From an uncultured bacterium (lineage in GTDB: Bacteria; Verrucomicrobiota; Verrucomicrobiia; Limisphaerales; UBA8199), in contig CAVVMW010000021.1 in the NCBI GenBank assembly GCA_963749495.1, forward strand, positions 736,001 through 800,000: 64,000 nucleotides of DNA, written 5' to 3'. This document shows, in pieces, positions 60,491 through 64,000 of this stretch; positions within the stretch are counted from its first letter, which is position 1, and each line of letters starts with the position of its first letter. The translations under genes were made by a program, and so were the position numbers. Below the pieces are notes generated by a model. That model was not told the DNA's origin. It was given only the letters and a program-made list of their open reading frames with translations, and did no database searches.

Positions 60491-61603
60491 TTAATCGCCG
60501 TAACGCGGCTCTCCAACACCGCTGGTAAAGTGAAGCAAGAACGTGTTCCCGAACGTTGATGAGTTTGGTGCGACGGCCCTGATCGCGAGCCTGTTATATG
60601 TTCTATTCAGATTGGTGGACTCAACCGTCAATAGCTGAAAAACGACGGAGTCGTTTGTACCCAAAATGTGCCGATGCTCGGAAGTATATCGGCCGCCCTC
60701 AATATACGTTAATTTGATGCCGTTGGTAGGCGGCCATGTGACTCCCCCACTCTTGATCCAATCAAGGCCAGCGACGACTGTCAATTCTTCCGGGATACAC
60801 AGCGTTAGTGCCACGCTATTTGCCGCAGATTTGCCGTAGTTGATGACCGCAAACGTTAGCACCTGAGAATTGTTAGTCCCAATGGGAATCGTGATGTATG
60901 CACCATTGGTAAGCACAATGTCATTCACAGCAAACGCGAAGGCTGGGGCCTTTCCTAACTCTTCCAGCAGATTGGTTGTAATAGCTTCGACCCTTTTGTA
61001 TAGGGCCGCCAACTGTTCCCGATTGGTCGGCTGATTCTCATAGAGATTGCTAAGATTACTATAGAGATTAACCACGTTCGCGGGGAGTGATTCAAACGAG
61101 GTTAGTCGCTGTTGGGCTGCGTCCCTTTCTTGCGTAACCTTCAGAATCTCCGCGTCTTTCGCCCGCTTCACTTCGTTAAGGTCAATTGTGAGTTTTATTA
61201 TTTCCTGCTTATTGGCTTCTAGTTGCCTTTCCAGCCTGCGGCCCTCATCCTGCTGTGCCGATAGTTTTCCATTCAGGAAGGCATATTGCTTATTGACTCC
61301 GCATCCCCTCAGCCAAAGCCCGGCGGCTAGACCGCCGACCAGACTCAGGACGATGGCAAGAATGACGAGGTGAAGAACCTTTCGCAGAGGAGCACGCAAA
61401 TATCCCCGTTCACGCTTGACATATTCGTTTAGTGGGCTCAAGCCCCAAGCATCGCAAAGCGAATCCAAGAGGGCTTGCCCAAGGCCACGCCATCCATGCC
61501 GTTGTGGCGCCGTGGACCGGCGACGCTGGGGCATCGGCTGTTGGGCAGGCGTGGGCGCTTGAGGCGTCGTCGCGGGTGCCGGATTCTCAGGCTCATTTGT
61601 CAT
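60491..61603 (-). CDS. Hypothetical membrane protein (TM, coiled coil, beta-rich C-terminus), lower GC
   Basis: ATG 61603 'MTNEPENP'; TM 'VLHLVILAIVLSLVGGLAAGLWL'; coiled coil. Confidence 0.6.
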   Translation of the reverse strand: MTNEPENPAPATTPQAPTPAQQPMPQRRRSTAPQRHGWRGLGQALLDSLCDAWGLSPLNEYVKRERGYLRAPLRKVLHLVILAIVLSLVGGLAAGLWLRGCGVNKQYAFLNGKLSAQQDEGRRLERQLEANKQEIIKLTIDLNEVKRAKDAEILKVTQERDAAQQRLTSFESLPANVVNLYSNLSNLYENQPTNREQLAALYKRVEAITTNLLEELGKAPAFAFAVNDIVLTNGAYITIPIGTNNSQVLTFAVINYGKSAANSVALTLCIPEELTVVAGLDWIKSGGVTWPPTNGIKLTYIEGGRYTSEHRHILGTNDSVVFQLLTVESTNLNRTYNRLAIRAVAPNSSTFGNTFLLHFTSGVGEPRYGD

Positions 61604-61689
61604 GACATCAGCAGTATGCCGCAAACGTGCGACAAGGACAATTACAACATCGAGCAGAGCTTGCAATGCGGTCCGTTCTGTCGAATGTG

Positions 61690-61860
61690 CATGAGGCAAT
61701 AGGCATGCAGCTGCCAGCCGGTCTTCTGGCAAGCCTCGGCCAGCGTCTTGAGGAAATCCAGGCGATCCAGGTCGCCCAGGAAGATGTCCTCCCGCCGATC
61801 TCCCCTGCTCATGACGTGATACATGGCGCCCCCGTTTTGAATGCACAACTTGCGCGGCAT
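61690..61860 (-). pseudogene. RAYT-like transposase N-terminal fragment
   Basis: 'MPRKLCIQNGGAMYHVMSRGDRREDIF..DRLDFLKTLAEACQKTGWQLHAYCLM' truncated before the HUH motif. Confidence 0.8.
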
Positions 61861-61913
61861 GGGCTGATTGTGCCGGAGCTTGAGGCGGCAAGTCAAGAGA
61901 AATGGACCATGTT

Positions 61914-61955
61914 ATGGGTTGACGCCTTTTTCGAATGGGTTGACGCCTTTTTCGA
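61914..61955. repeat. Perfect 21-bp tandem duplication upstream of RAYT fragment
   Basis: atgggttgacgcctttttcga x2. Confidence 0.85.
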
Positions 61956-62246
61956 AAATGCTGCTGCGGAGCGAGAGCCGACGGAGCTGGCACGGCCAGC
62001 TTGCATGTCAGAACGCGGTGTGAAAGGACAGGGCCCCCGGCGGGGTCGGGCCAGCGCGCGCGAAGCGCGCCCTGGCCTGGCCCCGCGGGGTTGCTTGAAG
62101 ATGAACTATGCCCCGCTGAAATTGAAGGATGGATGCTCCAAGATGCCTCCCCCTCGTGTTGCGCTAAAGGAGGTCCGGCTGGCGGCTGGGCTTGGGCTTC
62201 TTCGGCGCGGCGGCAGATGAGCGGAGGAGGAGGCGGGTGGGACGCC

Positions 62247-63104
62247 TCAGCGCATCACGCGAAAATCCTTGTGGCTGCCTTCCCATGCGCGAATTTCCGA
62301 GAATAGCTGGCTCTGCGAAAACTCCTTGTCGGAGTAGGCTAAACGCAAATCGAGCTCCAAACGTTCCCTGGTAACTTCTAAGGCGGAACGATTTCCGAGG
62401 GCTTTCCGGAGAGCCAAACCGAGAATGTCAATGAAGTCATGGCCCCGAGTAACTTGCCATAAATCTCCAGCGAGGGCCAGCCTCTCCCGAATCCCAGCAA
62501 TCAACGATTCATTCTGCAAATCTGGTCGAACAGACTTATTCTTCACGTGCGTTACGAACAACTCAAGGTCCACATCTAGATTCGGTCGAGAAACGTACTC
62601 GCTTACGTCGGTTTTCTCGAAACACAACTTCAGCTGCTCGCGGTTTGAGTGCCAAACCAAACAACCTATCAATGCCGCCTGGTGAAGTAAATGTTCACGG
62701 ACGTCAGCCCTATGCTCTTTAGTCCACTTCTCCAACTTGGGTCGGGATGCAAATTGAAAGAGAAGCTTCTGGAACGCCCCGCTGCACAGCATCAAACACT
62801 CAGCATCGTGTAACTCAGTTCGAAAAACACCTTGAGGAACTGGTGGTCTGCCCTCGACGTTATCGAAATCCGCATCGATGATGCCAATTACACCAGCGAA
62901 AGCGTGATTCTCCAAAATCCGACATGCTTCGATAACGTAATCACGAGTGTGCGCGATGATTATCTGACATTCGCTCGCGTCCACGAACATCCCGTAAAGT
63001 CTATCGTCGGATAGGCCCTCTACAAAGAGAAAAACCCCACCAAACAATGCTCGTCTCATTCGAACATCATTTGCAAGCGTATACCCGTTTATATAGCTCT
63101 TCAC
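62247..63104 (-). CDS. DUF4435 TOPRIM-domain protein (PARIS AriB-like)
   Basis: 'LFVEGLSD', 'GIIDADFD', 'HDAECLML', 'RGHDF'; GTG start overlaps the ATPase stop (GTGA). Confidence 0.85.
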   Translation of the reverse strand: MKSYINGYTLANDVRMRRALFGGVFLFVEGLSDDRLYGMFVDASECQIIIAHTRDYVIEACRILENHAFAGVIGIIDADFDNVEGRPPVPQGVFRTELHDAECLMLCSGAFQKLLFQFASRPKLEKWTKEHRADVREHLLHQAALIGCLVWHSNREQLKLCFEKTDVSEYVSRPNLDVDLELFVTHVKNKSVRPDLQNESLIAGIRERLALAGDLWQVTRGHDFIDILGLALRKALGNRSALEVTRERLELDLRLAYSDKEFSQSQLFSEIRAWEGSHKDFRVMR

Positions 63105-64000
63105 ACCTCTGGCCCTTTAAGTTCAACGGCCAAATCCCACCGATCATTAATTATCTGTGGTGAATGAGTCGCAAGAATAACGTCGAAGGACGACACCTTC
63201 ACAACGCGAGCAAGGTCCTTCAGAAACTCGACTTGCCACGCCACATGTAACGAAAGCTCGGCTCATCGATCAAAATAAGCGCACCTGGTTTGGTTTTGAA
63301 AAGCAACTCGTACAGCAGCACCAGTTCGTGTTGTTCCCCTGACGACAGGTCAGTTGGAGACAACGGTAAATCCTGGAATGTTTGGAGCCGAAATCCTTTT
63401 TGTCTCTCAACGTCCAGCTCCTTGTACGAGAATCGCTTGTTAACCAGCTCTTTGAACAACTCAACCTTTCCACTGATTTCCTCGAAGACACTCAGCTTCC
63501 TCTCGATATCGTCCGAATAAATCGACAGAATATTCTTCGTCGTGTCATCCACTGGCCTCTGCGGATCAAACAAGGGAGCCTCGTACTGCTCCTTTGTCAG
63601 CAAACCAGCCGCAATGATGCGGCGTCTTCTATCTTCCAAATCTTGCAGTTTTTTGGTGAGCGCTTCCACATCGACGGAAGCCCCAGAACCTAGTCTGCAA
63701 AACCCTCGTCGGAAAGGTGCTATCGAGTTGCTGAGAAAAGGTCCCGTATTTCGCCTGAACCTCCTGAATATTGCCAGCTAACTCCTTCGAGTAGCCTGAA
63801 ACCGCAGGCTCCAAGCCGAATGATCCCTCTGAATACCTGGACCTGCGCGATGTTGGAACACTTAACAAGCGCTGTGCCTCAATCAGGCGCACATCAATCG
63901 CCTTCGGTAAATCAGTTAACCAATCGGGCAGCTTCTTGCGCTTCGTCTGTCTCATCGGAAGCATATCCCGGTAGGTTTCGAGAACATCATCAAGGTCCAG
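63101..64000 (-). CDS. AAA_21/ABC-type ATPase (PARIS AriA-like), 5' end outside the window; frameshifts ~63258 and ~63670
   Basis: 'SQQLDSTFPTRV', 'LSSGEQHELVLLYELLF', 'LILIDEP(ELSLH)VAWQ', 'ILATHSPQIINDRWDL'. Confidence 0.85.

Noticed and set aside
61914..61955. Possible CRISPR repeats (also 30145-30166, 38152-38322)
   Set aside because: Only two adjacent copies or inverted orientation, no spacers, no cas genes
61604..61993. N-terminal extension of ORF 60491..61993
   Set aside because: Overlaps the RAYT fragment and tandem repeat in another frame

Overview
GC-rich bacterial DNA that most resembles Verrucomicrobiota subdivision 3 (Pedosphaera/Limisphaerales-like), inferred from protein style rather than a search. 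It has four zones. (1) 1-30.3 kb is a decaying signal-transduction region to the 3' side of a tRNA-fMet: two BlaI/BlaR1(M56) pairs, several membrane-anchored ECF sigma factors, an ECF-Ser/Thr-kinase pair interrupted by an ISKra4-type IS, and many gene fragments. It also holds the top candidate, a secreted carboxypeptidase-regulatory-like protein with an in-frame UGA in a U-x-x-C motif followed immediately by a SECIS-like hairpin (putative new selenoprotein). (2) 30.5-55 kb holds secreted proteins sharing a C-terminal 'W..FYR' domain and a carbohydrate locus (sugar porter, RbsU-like transporter, rbsK, H-X9-DG prepilin-like gene, FGE-sulfatase-like protein, beta-helix enzyme fused to an H-X9-DG domain) with three LacI-type operators. 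(3) 55-62 kb is a PilV/W/X-like minor pilin trio among RAYT transposase relics and REP-like hairpins. (4) 62-64 kb is a lower-GC PARIS-like (AAA ATPase + DUF4435) defence pair. Single-base frameshifts and internal deletions are frequent, so some 'pseudogenes' may be sequencing or assembly errors. No CRISPR array or rRNA was seen.
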